A DNA stretch of 64,000 nt from Bacteroidota bacterium (GTDB lineage Bacteria > Bacteroidota > Bacteroidia > AKYH767-A > 2013-40CM-41-45). The notes under the pieces were generated by a model. It worked only from the letters and a program-made list of their open reading frames with translations. It was not told where the DNA came from and searched no databases. This document shows, one piece after another, positions 47,426 through 57,950 of the stretch; the stretch's first letter is position 1, and each line of letters starts with the position of its first letter. The translations under genes and the position numbers were made by a program. The DNA lies in the NCBI GenBank assembly GCA_026391945.1, contig JAPLDA010000011.1:8188-72187 (forward strand), written 5' to 3'.

Positions 47426-47809
47426 TTACTTCGTCTTCTTATCATGGCCTTTGTGATGTCCGTGATGGCCATGGTTCGCGCCTTCCGGATGTTCAGCCTT
47501 AATCTTATGAAGTTCAGCTTTATCCTTTTCGATATCGGCTTTGTCTTTCTTGATTTCCATCTTATCTTTCTTCACTTCCATTTTATTTCCCTCGGCTCTG
47601 TCTTTCTGTAATTCCTGTTTGTCTTTTTTGATATCGGCGCGGTCTTTTTTAATATCCTGTTTAATTTCCCTTACTGGTTTTACGGGAGTTACCCCGGTAG
47701 GAGTGTTTCCGGCAGGTGCCGTTGGCTGGGGCTGTCCCGGTGCTGGAGTCTGTGCGGTTACAGCAAGCGTTACCATCCAGGCAACGGTCAGGATCAATAG
47801 TTTTTTCAT
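47426..47809 (-). CDS. Exported low-complexity protein with heptad KKD repeats and a His-rich tail
   Basis: Signal ending in TAQ; Pro-rich linker; repeats IKKDRAD/IKKDKQE/VKKDKME/IKKDKAD/IEKDKAE; HGHHGHHKGH. Confidence 0.8.
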   Translation of the reverse strand: MKKLLILTVAWMVTLAVTAQTPAPGQPQPTAPAGNTPTGVTPVKPVREIKQDIKKDRADIKKDKQELQKDRAEGNKMEVKKDKMEIKKDKADIEKDKAELHKIKAEHPEGANHGHHGHHKGHDKKTK

Positions 47810-47927
47810 TTTATTTTTTTTAAAAGTTTAGAGCGCAAAGATTGCAAAGCTGGTTAAAGGAAAGATGAATTTCTGAGTTTCTTTGGAAACCAGGAACGAT
47901 GCACACGGATGATGGGAAACCGTTCTC

Positions 47928-48959
47928 TTAGAAAAACTTCGGCATCTTGTTTAAATGCTTGCTCCGTTGTCCGCGTTTGATGCCTGCAACGTAGGACAAC
48001 GTGATCTCAGGTCCACCCGATGAACTATGAAGAGAGGCAAGGTCTGACGTAGTGAGGTCGTAACTGAATCCAAATCCCCATTCATGGTAATCGAAACGTG
48101 TGGCGAGTACAAAAGCATCTCCGAAACGGTACCAGGCGCCATAGCTGAAGAAAATGTCGCGCTGGAAATTGGTGTACCTCGATTTAAACTGAAGTTTTTG
48201 TTTCACGAAAGCTCCAGCTAAAATTTCTTTCTGGTTTCCCTGTAACTGAACAAGAACCTTGGGCATAACCCAGACGGAACGAAACTGATCCATGCTGATT
48301 TCAGCGCTGGCATGAGCAGCAATGCGGTTATTGAGAGGATCAGTATACTGGTTGTAAAATGATAAATCAGGTTTGGTAATGTGCGACATGGAACCACCGG
48401 CAGAAATGGTGTTATAACCATCGGGAATATAGTACCACATCATGCCTGCTGTGAAATCAAAATAAGTTCGCTGCTGAAGTTGCGGGGATTCTCCCGGCAA
48501 GGTCGGATCATAAACGTCACCATTCCACTGGCTATCCCATGTTGCTCTTGAGAAATCCACTTCACGGGAATCAAGTCCGCCCCGGAACCCAACGGCAAGA
48601 AAATTATCCCCGTCATCAACAGAAAGCGTGTAGGCAAGCGAGCCTTCGATGATGGTGTGCGAAAACTTAGCGGCACCGGCATTGTCCTGGTAAACCATCA
48701 GCCCGACACCAAAATAATTACTCTTGTATCTTTTTTTTCCTACAGGCATGTCGAGCGAAACATGAATGGTTTTGTAAGCATCACCGAGGCCGCCCCATTG
48801 TGAACGGTAGTTGTTGGACACACGCATTTTTCCGTCAAAGATTCCTGTCATCGCCGGGTTTACCAGTAAAGGAGTGGAATAAAATTGAGAAAAATGAGTG
48901 TCCTGGGCATGAGTCGCCAAACCAGAAAGAATAACTGCTGACAGGATGAATGCCTTCAT
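47928..48959 (-). CDS. PorP/SprF family T9SS membrane protein
   Basis: AQDTHFSQFYSTPLLVNPAMTG, YRSQW, GFSYD.T.S.L, GG.EITL.Y. Confidence 0.93.
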   Translation of the reverse strand: MKAFILSAVILSGLATHAQDTHFSQFYSTPLLVNPAMTGIFDGKMRVSNNYRSQWGGLGDAYKTIHVSLDMPVGKKRYKSNYFGVGLMVYQDNAGAAKFSHTIIEGSLAYTLSVDDGDNFLAVGFRGGLDSREVDFSRATWDSQWNGDVYDPTLPGESPQLQQRTYFDFTAGMMWYYIPDGYNTISAGGSMSHITKPDLSFYNQYTDPLNNRIAAHASAEISMDQFRSVWVMPKVLVQLQGNQKEILAGAFVKQKLQFKSRYTNFQRDIFFSYGAWYRFGDAFVLATRFDYHEWGFGFSYDLTTSDLASLHSSSGGPEITLSYVAGIKRGQRSKHLNKMPKFF

Positions 48960-49015
48960 CCTGTGATTCAATTTATTTATTGTGCTTGACATAAATAAAA
49001 ATTGGTTTGTTTTGT

Positions 49016-51049
49016 TCATCGTATCAGGGCAATTGATCCGGTTTTTTGCGAATACGTTCCGTCTTTGTAAACGATGGTAGCTACATAAGAATAAACCCCG
49101 CTGCTCATTTTTTCTCCGTTCCATGTTCCATCCCATCCGTCATCCATATTTTCTGAATCATATAATTTTTCTCCCCAGCGGTCAAATACAGTCAGGCGTG
49201 CGCTGAATAAATTATTTCCCCTGATTCTGAAGAGGTCATTTTTCTGGTCACCGTTCGGAGAAAAAGCATCCGGAATAAACACCTTGTTTTCATGGGTGAT
49301 GGTAATGGTCAACTGCCGTGTAGTAAAACAGGTTCCATCTGAGATCAGGCAATAATATGTCGTGGTTTCAAGAGGTGTAGCAATCGGGTCGGGAGTTTCG
49401 GTGGTATCGAGGCCGGCTGCAGGATACCAATGATAAGTCAAACCTCCTCCGGCAAGCATTTGGTAAGAAGATCCCCAAGGCATGGTCGTGTCACTATTGA
49501 TAGTGGCAGTAGGAACACTCGACATGTTGATGTAAGAGAATTTGGTCATGGTATCGGTTCCTCCGCCGTTCACAACAACAAGAGTTACATCGAACAACCC
49601 GTCGGAAGTATAACAGATGCCGGTGGGGTTTTGTGCGTTTGATGAATCAGGTGTGGCGCCGGGGAAGTACCAGTGCCAGGAAGTCGGAACATTGGTGGAG
49701 AGATCAAAAAAGTTAATGCAAACGGTATCGCATCCGCCGGTTGAGTTAGAGCCAAAAGCAGCTACCGGCGGCGGGCAGTTGTTTACTGTTATGTACACAC
49801 TTTTGAGAGTGGTATCACTTCCGTTTGTATTGGAAGCAATCAACTGAACATCATAGAAACCGGGAGTGGTGTAGCATATATTGATCGGATTTTGCTGGTT
49901 GCTGACAGGTGTATTCGATCCCGGAAAACTCCACAACCAGCTTGTTGGAGAATTCTGGCTGAGGTCGGTGAAATTGATGCAGGTATTTTGGCAGAACGCA
50001 GTGTTGTTAGCTGTAAAATCTGCGATGGGCGCATTGCAGTTGGCGATGGTGATGTAGTTGCTGCGGACAATCGTATCCGTGTCGGCTACATTGTAAACAG
50101 CAAGTGTCACCGAATAGGTTCCTGCAAGGTTGTAAGTAACAACTGGATTTTGAGCGATGGAAAAATTTGGAGTTCCTCCCGGGAAAACCCATAACCATCC
50201 GGATGGATTTCCGGAGCTCAGGTCAGTGAATTGACGAGGTCTTCCGGCACAGCCGCCCGTTATCGAGTCAACCGTAAAATTCGCGCTCACGTTGATGTTT
50301 GAAGTCAGGGTGATTGAATCAACAGCGAATGAAGGGCCCGTTCCGACAGCATCGTTGTTGTTGATCCACCGGAAACCGATTCTGACATTCGGATTGTTGT
50401 TGGCTGAAGCCGGTAATGAAAAACTGAACGGTGTCCACACGCCCAATCCAGCGCAGGAGATAAGAGATGTTTTCGGCGGATCGGTGAGTTGATTCCAGGT
50501 TGTTCCGTCGAAGTATTCAAGGGTTGCATTGTCATTCAGGAGATCACCGTTTTCGAGGTAGTTGAAGGACAACACAATGTTGGCTTTTCCTGCACAGTTG
50601 ATCACCGGCGATTCAATTCTTTTGTTCGTGGTCACATCGTTGTTCGGAGGAAAACTTCCGGCATCATAAAGGGCATTGCAGTCGCCGGCAGGGCATAAAA
50701 CAGAAGGTGCACCAACAACACTTCCAACGTGCAGCGTCTGGTTGTTTAAGGAAGCTGAACCGAGGCATCCGTCACGGCACGATCCCGCAGGGAAACCTGC
50801 TTCTGTTCCGCTGATGTACCATTCATTCGCATGCAGGTCGTTGGTGCCTGATAATGTTTCTGTCCAGGCGCCGTTGGAGCCCGCCGCACTCGTGGCCAGT
50901 TGTGCCTGGTTGCAACCGGTTCCGAAATTTTCCATCCAGAAAACCTGTGCATTCGAACGATGCGAAACGCATACACACAGGATCATCAGCAGAAGCATGA
51001 TCCTGGATTGAACCGTGGCAATACGGAGAGATTTATTTTCTGTATTCAT
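49016..51049 (-). CDS. PKD-repeat surface protein with gliding-motility (CHU_C, T9SS type B) C-terminal domain
   Basis: Three PKD units (F.DLS...P..W.W.FPG); C-terminal IPDAFSPNGDQKND, FDRWGE, WDG; directly upstream of PorP/SprF. Confidence 0.92.
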   Translation of the reverse strand: MNTENKSLRIATVQSRIMLLLMILCVCVSHRSNAQVFWMENFGTGCNQAQLATSAAGSNGAWTETLSGTNDLHANEWYISGTEAGFPAGSCRDGCLGSASLNNQTLHVGSVVGAPSVLCPAGDCNALYDAGSFPPNNDVTTNKRIESPVINCAGKANIVLSFNYLENGDLLNDNATLEYFDGTTWNQLTDPPKTSLISCAGLGVWTPFSFSLPASANNNPNVRIGFRWINNNDAVGTGPSFAVDSITLTSNINVSANFTVDSITGGCAGRPRQFTDLSSGNPSGWLWVFPGGTPNFSIAQNPVVTYNLAGTYSVTLAVYNVADTDTIVRSNYITIANCNAPIADFTANNTAFCQNTCINFTDLSQNSPTSWLWSFPGSNTPVSNQQNPINICYTTPGFYDVQLIASNTNGSDTTLKSVYITVNNCPPPVAAFGSNSTGGCDTVCINFFDLSTNVPTSWHWYFPGATPDSSNAQNPTGICYTSDGLFDVTLVVVNGGGTDTMTKFSYINMSSVPTATINSDTTMPWGSSYQMLAGGGLTYHWYPAAGLDTTETPDPIATPLETTTYYCLISDGTCFTTRQLTITITHENKVFIPDAFSPNGDQKNDLFRIRGNNLFSARLTVFDRWGEKLYDSENMDDGWDGTWNGEKMSSGVYSYVATIVYKDGTYSQKTGSIALIR

Positions 51050-51109
51050 TATATCCTTTAAAAAGCGAAGTAATTTACAACTATTTTAGAAATCGCAAAC
51101 AAATTTTAA

Positions 51110-52021
51110 TCAGACCGCGGAATATGAATCGGCAAATTTATAAATGTTAAATTCAGAAGCAATGAAAGCTTTCTTTATGGATTGAAGTAAATCAGCCTTG
51201 TTTATGTCATTCATTCTTCTTTTTTGAATAAGAGTGTAAATTTTTTCCGTGAGGAGCTGCATTTTTCTTTCGTTCGTAAGCCCGCTCTGCCGGTGTCTTT
51301 CCAGTGCTTCGGCCAGTTCTTCTATTCCTGTTCCGGTTGTAGCAGAAACCTTGATCACCGGCGTAATCCACTCTTTCCTGCTTCCGGAGCGGATCGTTTT
51401 TTCAAGGTTGTTGGCGAGGACATCAGCACCCGGCCTGTCGGATTTATTCACGGCAAAGATATCAGCTATTTCCATGATCCCCGATTTCATCGCCTGGATT
51501 TCATCGCCCGATTCCGGAACCAGCACCACCACGGTGGTATCAGCCAAACCTGCAATTTCAACTTCCGACTGCCCGACTCCTACCGTCTCAATGAGGATGA
51601 CGTCAAAGGGAAACGACTTCATCACATCGGTAATCTCAATCGTTTTTTGCGACAGCCCTCCCAACGAACCTCTCGTGGCCAGTGAGCGGATAAAAATATC
51701 CTGGTTGTTGAAATGCTCACTCATGCGCAAACGGTCGCCAAGCAGGGAACCGTAATTGAAAGGAGAAGTCGGATCAATGGCGATGATGCCGATTTTTTTT
51801 CCTGCTTTGGAATACAGGTGTATTAAAGCGTTGATCAATGTGCTTTTACCGGCACCCGGCGGACCGGTGAAACCGATGACAGGAATGTTCCTGCCGGGTT
51901 TAAGGGCGTACAGGATTTCCCGGTAACCTTCCAGTTCATTTTCCACCACCGTGATGGCACGGGCCAGTGACCTGGTATCACCGGCTGCAATATGTGAAAG
52001 TAGCTGAGAGGAAGTATTCAA
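51110..52021 (-). CDS. meaB: Methylmalonyl-CoA mutase-associated GTPase
   Basis: GPPGAGKST, DPTSP...GSLLGDRLRM, ETVGVGQSE, NKSD. Confidence 0.93.
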   Translation of the reverse strand: MNTSSQLLSHIAAGDTRSLARAITVVENELEGYREILYALKPGRNIPVIGFTGPPGAGKSTLINALIHLYSKAGKKIGIIAIDPTSPFNYGSLLGDRLRMSEHFNNQDIFIRSLATRGSLGGLSQKTIEITDVMKSFPFDVILIETVGVGQSEVEIAGLADTTVVVLVPESGDEIQAMKSGIMEIADIFAVNKSDRPGADVLANNLEKTIRSGSRKEWITPVIKVSATTGTGIEELAEALERHRQSGLTNERKMQLLTEKIYTLIQKRRMNDINKADLLQSIKKAFIASEFNIYKFADSYSAV

Positions 52022-52118
52022 GAGTGAACAGAGGATCTTTCACAAAGTAACAAGAAAGAAAAGGCACTGCAAAAAAGAAAAATAAATATCTCTAACTTGC
52101 GATCGTTAATAACTCGCA

Positions 52119-52877
52119 ATGATCCGTTTGTCTGTTGTCATCATTACTTTCAACGAAGAAAAAAACATCGAACGCTGCATCCGGTCGGTGGAAGGCATCG
52201 CTGATGAAATCGTAGTGGTGGATTCTTTTTCAACCGATTCAACCGAAGCGATCTGCAATCGATTGGGTGCAACATTCATTCAGCATCCTTTTGAAGGATA
52301 CATTGAACAGAAGAATTTCGCGTTGCAGCAGGCCGGCTGTGAGTATATTTTTTCACTGGATGCCGATGAAGAGTTGTCGGAAGAACTGAAAGCATCGGTG
52401 CTCGAAGCTAAATCAAACGGGAAGCATGAATGTTATTCCATGAACCGGCTCGCTAATTACTGCGGGCACTGGATTCGTCACGGTAGTTGGTACCCCGACA
52501 AAAAAACAAGGCTCTTTAAAAAAGGAAGAGGAAACTGGGGCGGAAAAAATCCCCATGATAAATACCTGCCGGAAAATCCGGGTGATGCGGGCTTTCTGAA
52601 GGGCGACATTCTTCATTACTCCTATGATACGATCGAAGAACACATCGCACAGGTCAATAGATTTTCTACGATCGGTGCAAAGAGTGCTTGTGATGCCGGC
52701 CGGCATTCAGGCATTCTGAAGATTTTGTTTAAGCCGCTATTCAAATTCATCCGCGATTATTTTTTCCGCTTCGGATTTCTCGATGGGTATTACGGCCTCG
52801 TGGTCTGTTGCATTTCCACGCATGAAACATTTTTGAAATATGTGAAGCTACGGGAATTGAACCGGTCGGGTGAATGA
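52119..52877 (+). CDS. Glycosyltransferase family 2 (WaaE/beta-1,4-glucosyltransferase-like)
   Basis: LSVVIITFNEE, VVDSFSTD, QKNFA, LDADE, GFLDG..G. Confidence 0.92.
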   Translation: MIRLSVVIITFNEEKNIERCIRSVEGIADEIVVVDSFSTDSTEAICNRLGATFIQHPFEGYIEQKNFALQQAGCEYIFSLDADEELSEELKASVLEAKSNGKHECYSMNRLANYCGHWIRHGSWYPDKKTRLFKKGRGNWGGKNPHDKYLPENPGDAGFLKGDILHYSYDTIEEHIAQVNRFSTIGAKSACDAGRHSGILKILFKPLFKFIRDYFFRFGFLDGYYGLVVCCISTHETFLKYVKLRELNRSGE

Positions 52878-52893
52878 ATTGAGGAGGAGAGGG

Positions 52894-52930
52894 AATTGCA
52901 TATTGAAAAGTGAAGATTGAAAAATGGGGT
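52894..52930 (+). repeat. Degenerate heptamer tandem repeat (ATTGAAA-like)
   Basis: ATTGCAT ATTGAAA AGTGAAG ATTGAAA AATGGGG in the gap between convergent genes. Confidence 0.5.
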
Positions 52931-52931
52931 A

Positions 52932-54515
52932 CTAAACCTTGTGCCCGATATCCGGCTTATCACGGAACAAAAACAGGCAACTGAAAAAAGCAAAAAAGGT
53001 AGCGCCGGTTTGTGTTTCTAAAGTATCTTCCGTAACCATCGACAGGATGGCGATAGTCCAGAATACCATGTAGAAATAATCTTTGTATCGTTGTGTGATG
53101 ATCATCGGCGCCACCAGTGCAAACAGAAAATATGCAAGGGAAAAAAAACCGAGAGCGACTGCAACAGACAGGTACTGGTTGTGTGCACGAAGCCGGAATT
53201 TTTCGCTGAGCCTCGAGTTCATTTTTACATACTGTTCACGGTAAGCGGCAGGCATGTCACCTGTTCCTACGCCAGTAAACGGATGTGCTGCGATAATTCC
53301 ACAAGCCGCTTTCCAGAATTCGAAACGCTGCATCACCGAATGTCCGTTGAGTTCACCACCGTCTTTGAACTGTTCGTATTCCCATATGGTTTTCAGGACG
53401 CGCGATCTGAAATCAGAAAGATGCTGGTACGATTCATTGGCGACTCCTTTTTCAATAGAACGAACTTCCCCGGGAGAGAGGTTCTTCACAGCTTCGCCGT
53501 CTTTCTTCCATCCTTTGGAAGCGAGAAATCGGACCAACGTGTACTTGACAGGCTGGTGGCGTTCATCCAGTGAATCGTATTTGAATCGGCTTCTTGAATC
53601 CCATTCTTCCCGCAGTTCTTTTTCACACACATAAATCCATACGAGGTACCCGTTCTCCCGCAGGTTGCCCGAGGTGTCGAAGGTGTATGCATTTCCCGCC
53701 GGCGTTTTTGCGTTTCCATCAACAGGCATGTCACGTGTTATGTAATACTGTTTCGCAATGGAACGGATGAACACGAAGCCGGATACCGGGATGGCCAGCA
53801 CCATCACGATCAGGATGATTTTTCTGAATTTGTTTTTTACAGTAGATGCAAGGTAAACGAGGAGGCAAAACCCGGTCACGGATGTGATGATGATACCTGT
53901 CATTGATTCCATGATGACTAAAAATACCAGCAGCCAAACGGCCACCAGTATGAAAAAAAATTTCAGAAATAAATTTTGTGTGCCGTTGTTGGAAAAAATA
54001 AAATAAAGCAGCGAGAAAAACGAGATGCAGATGAACAATGCAAAACGGATATGCGATACATGGAAAATAAAAATTTCACGGATGTCGGTGATTTCCCTGT
54101 GGATCACGCCTGTTAAAACCGCCGTGCTGATGAGCGTGCCGGTAACAACCGCTGCAATAAAAAAACCAATGACGAGCTGGAAATTTTTTTTGGAGACCGG
54201 CTCACTTCCGCCGATGATGACGGGAAGGATGAGGAGCGGAAGTTTGATGCGGATGTCTTTCAACCCTTCTGTCAGGTCAGTTGTCCACGCCAGCCCGATC
54301 ACATGCAGCAATAAAATTCCGGTGATGATGAGCGCCGGCTTGTTCCGGAAATAGCGGCGGAATTTTTCAACGAAATTTCCTTCCAGGAAAAATGATGCGG
54401 CGAGAAAAAACTGGGAAAGGCTCGTCAGGAAAAACGAAACCGGCAAACCGCACACCAGCAGCACCAGGCCGAAAAGATAGAGGTGGTTCGAACGAAAAGG
54501 GTAAATCCGGGGCAT
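52932..54515 (-). CDS. O-antigen ligase (WaaL/Wzy_C) family protein
   Basis: Multiple TMs, large periplasmic loop, R.EFW.....I..HP.TGVGTG, AHNQYL. Confidence 0.88.
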   Translation of the reverse strand: MPRIYPFRSNHLYLFGLVLLVCGLPVSFFLTSLSQFFLAASFFLEGNFVEKFRRYFRNKPALIITGILLLHVIGLAWTTDLTEGLKDIRIKLPLLILPVIIGGSEPVSKKNFQLVIGFFIAAVVTGTLISTAVLTGVIHREITDIREIFIFHVSHIRFALFICISFFSLLYFIFSNNGTQNLFLKFFFILVAVWLLVFLVIMESMTGIIITSVTGFCLLVYLASTVKNKFRKIILIVMVLAIPVSGFVFIRSIAKQYYITRDMPVDGNAKTPAGNAYTFDTSGNLRENGYLVWIYVCEKELREEWDSRSRFKYDSLDERHQPVKYTLVRFLASKGWKKDGEAVKNLSPGEVRSIEKGVANESYQHLSDFRSRVLKTIWEYEQFKDGGELNGHSVMQRFEFWKAACGIIAAHPFTGVGTGDMPAAYREQYVKMNSRLSEKFRLRAHNQYLSVAVALGFFSLAYFLFALVAPMIITQRYKDYFYMVFWTIAILSMVTEDTLETQTGATFFAFFSCLFLFRDKPDIGHKV

Positions 54516-54644
54516 GCTAACGATTCATATGGAGTGATGTGATGAGAAACGAAAATGTAAAAATATTATTGAAACGTCCATTCACTTTTTTTTACGGGCA
54601 GCACGGATCAGTATAACACGCGTGCCGGGCGAACTTGTACCGTT

Positions 54645-56345
54645 TTATTTTTTCGGCAGTTCTTCGCTGGCTTTTACTGTTCCATCCAAAATGGACGCGT
54701 ACACAGAATGGTTTCCAAGAATCTCAACCGCTTTCATGATTTCCCTGTCATGTTCAAACGTGGCTTCGATTCTGCCGTTCTGGTAATAATAGCGGGAAAC
54801 AATTTCCTCCTCGAGTAACTGCATGATCTCTTCTTTGTTTTTCTTCACGTCTTCTTTCTTGTTGTGAATCAGTTTAACCCGCAGTGCATCAAATTCAGTT
54901 TTGATGTCGCTGAAATATTTTTCGTCTTCCGTGTTCTTTTTAAGATCATCCAGTGTTTTTTCACTTCGTGTGGTGTAATCATATTCCTTGTCAGCGATGA
55001 ATTCCAGGAAATCACTGAAGTCGGTATCGGTGAGCCTGAAAATTTTTCCATCTGGAATGGAAGCATGCTGCAAGCGGTAGTGTGTGGCAAAATCGAATAC
55101 CAGGTTTTTGTTCAGCAGGCTGGTGGCGATGTTGCTGTATTTTTTCGGTTCCGTGGAAACATCGGGAAGAATGCCGCCGCCATCGTACACTTTCCTTCCG
55201 GCTTTGGTTCTGAATTCCGTGCGCAGCGAATCGGGAATTTTTCCCACGCTTCCGTCTTCGTTTCGGTGCGTATAGTCAAGCGCCTGGATGCATCGCCCGC
55301 TTGGAATGTAATATTTGGCCGTGGTGATTTTCACCTGCGTGTTGTAACTGAGTTGCCTCGTAGTCTGCACCAGCCCTTTCCCGAATGTCCGCTGGCCGAT
55401 GATGACACCCCTGTCGAGATCCTGCAGGGAACCGGAAACAATTTCCGATGCCGATGCCGAGCTGCTGTTCACCAGCACAGCCAAAGGAAGTTCGGTATCC
55501 ACGGCACTGTTGATGGCTTTGTAAATTTTTTCATCGCCTTTCAGTTTGCCACGGGTGCTGACGATGTCCTGCCCACGGTCAACAAAAACATTGGAGATGT
55601 TAACGGCTTCATTCAATAAGCCTCCCGGGTTTGAACGGATGTCGAGGATGATTCCTTTCAGCTTGTTTTTTTCCTTCAGTGACTTCAATGCTTCACTCAT
55701 TTCTTTTCCCGCACTCTCTGTAAAGTTGGTGAGTTTGATGTAGCCGATGCCATTGGAGATCATTCCGTAATACGGAACGCTTTTCACTTTTATTTCTTCA
55801 CGTGTAATCATTTTTTCCAGCGGCTTTTTTTCACCTTCTCTCCTGATCAGCAGCCTCACTGTTGTCTTCGGTTTTCCTTTCAGCAACTTGCTCACTTCAT
55901 CTGTTTTTTTTCCTTTCACGGAAGTGCTGTCGATTTCCAGGATTTCATCACCGGTTCTGAGGTCGGCTTTTTGTGCCGGGAAACCTTCATACGGTTCACT
56001 GATGGCGATGTAATCTCCCTTCTGCCTGATCACAGCCCCGATGCCGCCATACTGACCGGTGGTCATGAACCGGTAATCGTCTCTCGCTGATTCGGGAATG
56101 TAATTGGTGTATGGATCAAGCGACCCAAGCATGGCATCAATACCGGTCTTCATGAGTTTGGCCGGGTTGGTTGAATCCACATAATGAATGTTCACTTCCC
56201 GGTAAAGTGAAGAGAAGATGTCGAGGTTTTTAGAGACTTCGAAATAATCATCAACGAAGCTGAAGGAGATGATGGAAACGAAAACAGTTGCTGCCAGAAA
56301 GATGAACCTCCTCGCCTTCCGGTATTTTTTATTTTTAAGGATCAT
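54645..56345 (-). CDS. S41 family C-terminal processing peptidase
   Basis: LDPYT, GQYGGIG, DIRSNPGGLL, SASASEIVSGSLQD, TFGKGLVQ, KYYIPSGRCIQ. Confidence 0.95.
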   Translation of the reverse strand: MILKNKKYRKARRFIFLAATVFVSIISFSFVDDYFEVSKNLDIFSSLYREVNIHYVDSTNPAKLMKTGIDAMLGSLDPYTNYIPESARDDYRFMTTGQYGGIGAVIRQKGDYIAISEPYEGFPAQKADLRTGDEILEIDSTSVKGKKTDEVSKLLKGKPKTTVRLLIRREGEKKPLEKMITREEIKVKSVPYYGMISNGIGYIKLTNFTESAGKEMSEALKSLKEKNKLKGIILDIRSNPGGLLNEAVNISNVFVDRGQDIVSTRGKLKGDEKIYKAINSAVDTELPLAVLVNSSSASASEIVSGSLQDLDRGVIIGQRTFGKGLVQTTRQLSYNTQVKITTAKYYIPSGRCIQALDYTHRNEDGSVGKIPDSLRTEFRTKAGRKVYDGGGILPDVSTEPKKYSNIATSLLNKNLVFDFATHYRLQHASIPDGKIFRLTDTDFSDFLEFIADKEYDYTTRSEKTLDDLKKNTEDEKYFSDIKTEFDALRVKLIHNKKEDVKKNKEEIMQLLEEEIVSRYYYQNGRIEATFEHDREIMKAVEILGNHSVYASILDGTVKASEELPKK

Positions 56346-56455
56346 TTTTTTTGTTCAGGTGTATGGTTTGTTTTTCCAGTTGTTGGTACTGAAAAAATAA
56401 GAATGGAAACGTGTTTTGATTTTATTTTTTCGAACTGCTTTCCTGTTGCAGTGGA

Positions 56456-56689
56456 TCATGGAACCGGGTCGTGCCCGTGTTTTCCCCATGGGTGACAACG
56501 AAGAAACCTTTTCAAAGTAAGGTATCCGCCTTTGAACGGCCCGTGTTTTTGAATGGCTTCAATTCCGTATTGAGAACAGGTTGGGGTGTAACGGCATGAA
56601 GGAGCAAGCAACGGAGATACAGCGCCCTGGTAAAAACGAATCAGGAGGATGAATGTTTTACTGAATATTTTTTTTAAAATCGTCTTCAA
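56456..56689 (-). CDS. yidD: Membrane protein insertion efficiency factor
   Basis: YQ..VSP....[19 protein letters not shown]......RCHPW...G.DPVP. Confidence 0.95.
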   Translation of the reverse strand: MKTILKKIFSKTFILLIRFYQGAVSPLLAPSCRYTPTCSQYGIEAIQKHGPFKGGYLTLKRFLRCHPWGKHGHDPVP

Positions 56690-57071
56690 GCCGGAGCAAA
56701 GTTAATTTTAATTTATGTTCGATCTCTTCAAAAGCAGGCATCGCTTTCCCGGTGTACACGATCATCAGCACACATTGTTTGCGGTGTTGTTCAAGCAGCC
56801 GGTAAACAGATGATTTGTTTTTCCGGTAGACTTCTTTCATCTGCCTTTTTATCCGGTTCCTGTCCACAGCTGAACGAAATGTTTTTGCCGGAACGCTGAA
56901 GGCAGCCTGTACCGGTGAACCTGAATCTACAACAGTCATTTGCCAGGTGAGGCGAATCGGATGCAGGTGAATGCTTTTTCCAGTCTCAAAAAGTTCGGTA
57001 ATCAATTTCCTGCTGGACAGGCGTTCATTTTTGCTGAAACGATTTCCGGAAAGGGCAGTCTTTTGAATCAT
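56658..57071 (-). CDS. rnpA: Ribonuclease P protein component
   Basis: [23 protein letters not shown]. Confidence 0.92.
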   Translation of the reverse strand: MIQKTALSGNRFSKNERLSSRKLITELFETGKSIHLHPIRLTWQMTVVDSGSPVQAAFSVPAKTFRSAVDRNRIKRQMKEVYRKNKSSVYRLLEQHRKQCVLMIVYTGKAMPAFEEIEHKLKLTLLRLEDDFKKNIQ

Positions 57072-57158
57072 GTGAAAAAGAAATGATGCGGGCCACTTTG
57101 ATTCTGAAGGCAGGTTGAATTAGTTTCGTACCGGCAGCCGCGTTCCGGGATGAACGAC

Positions 57159-57908
57159 TTATTTATTATTTTTCCTGATGTATTGTTCCAGCGCCATGGT
57201 CATGGATGGAGCAGCGGGAACAGGAGCCTGGATGTCGAGTCGCAAACCAGCGTCCAGTACGGCCTGGGCGGTGGTGGGGCCGAATGCTGCAATGCGTGTA
57301 TTGTTCTGTTTGAACTTCGGAAAATTTTTGAAAAGCGATTTGATTCCGGAAGGAGAGAAAAAAACCAGCACATCATAATTCACATTGGCAAGATCCGACA
57401 GGTCGCTCGCCACCGTTTTATAAATGACGGCTTTCGTATATTCGATATCATTCGCCTCCAGGGTTTCAAAAATTTCCTGCTTGTGAATGTCGGTGCAGGG
57501 AACAAGAAATTTTTCTTTCCTGTGTTTTTTGATCACGTCCATCAGGTCGTTGATGGATTGCTTTCCGTAAAAAATTTTTCTCTTTCTGTATACTACGTAT
57601 TTTTGGAGATAAAAGGCCGTGGATTCCGATACGCAGAAATATTTTAGTGACTCCGGAACATTCACCCTCATCTCCGTACAGATGCGGAAAAAATTATCGG
57701 CGGCATTCCGGCTGGTAAAAATAACGGCGGAATATTCAGGAATGCTGATGCGGTCTTTCCTGAAATCGATGGCCGGAATCGGCTCTACATGGATGAACGG
57801 ACGGAAGTCAATCTTTACGCTGTATTTTTTTGCAAGATCGTAATAAGGTGATTTGTCGGTTTCAGGTTTAGGCTGTGTAACCAGGATACTTTTTACTTTC
57901 AGACTCAT
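57159..57908 (-). CDS. hemD: Uroporphyrinogen-III synthase (HEM4 family)
   Basis: VKSILVTQP, DFRPFIHVE, IFTSRNA, FFSPSGI.SL, AAFG.TT. Confidence 0.85.
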   Translation of the reverse strand: MSLKVKSILVTQPKPETDKSPYYDLAKKYSVKIDFRPFIHVEPIPAIDFRKDRISIPEYSAVIFTSRNAADNFFRICTEMRVNVPESLKYFCVSESTAFYLQKYVVYRKRKIFYGKQSINDLMDVIKKHRKEKFLVPCTDIHKQEIFETLEANDIEYTKAVIYKTVASDLSDLANVNYDVLVFFSPSGIKSLFKNFPKFKQNNTRIAAFGPTTAQAVLDAGLRLDIQAPVPAAPSMTMALEQYIRKNNK

Positions 57909-57950
57909 AGAGAGTGTGCTTGGCGTTTTAGTTAATGACACAGGCGTATA

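Noticed and set aside
47928-51049. CHU_C protein plus PorP/SprF pair as a new system
   Set aside because: This is the established type B CTD cargo with its cognate PorP/SprF partner.
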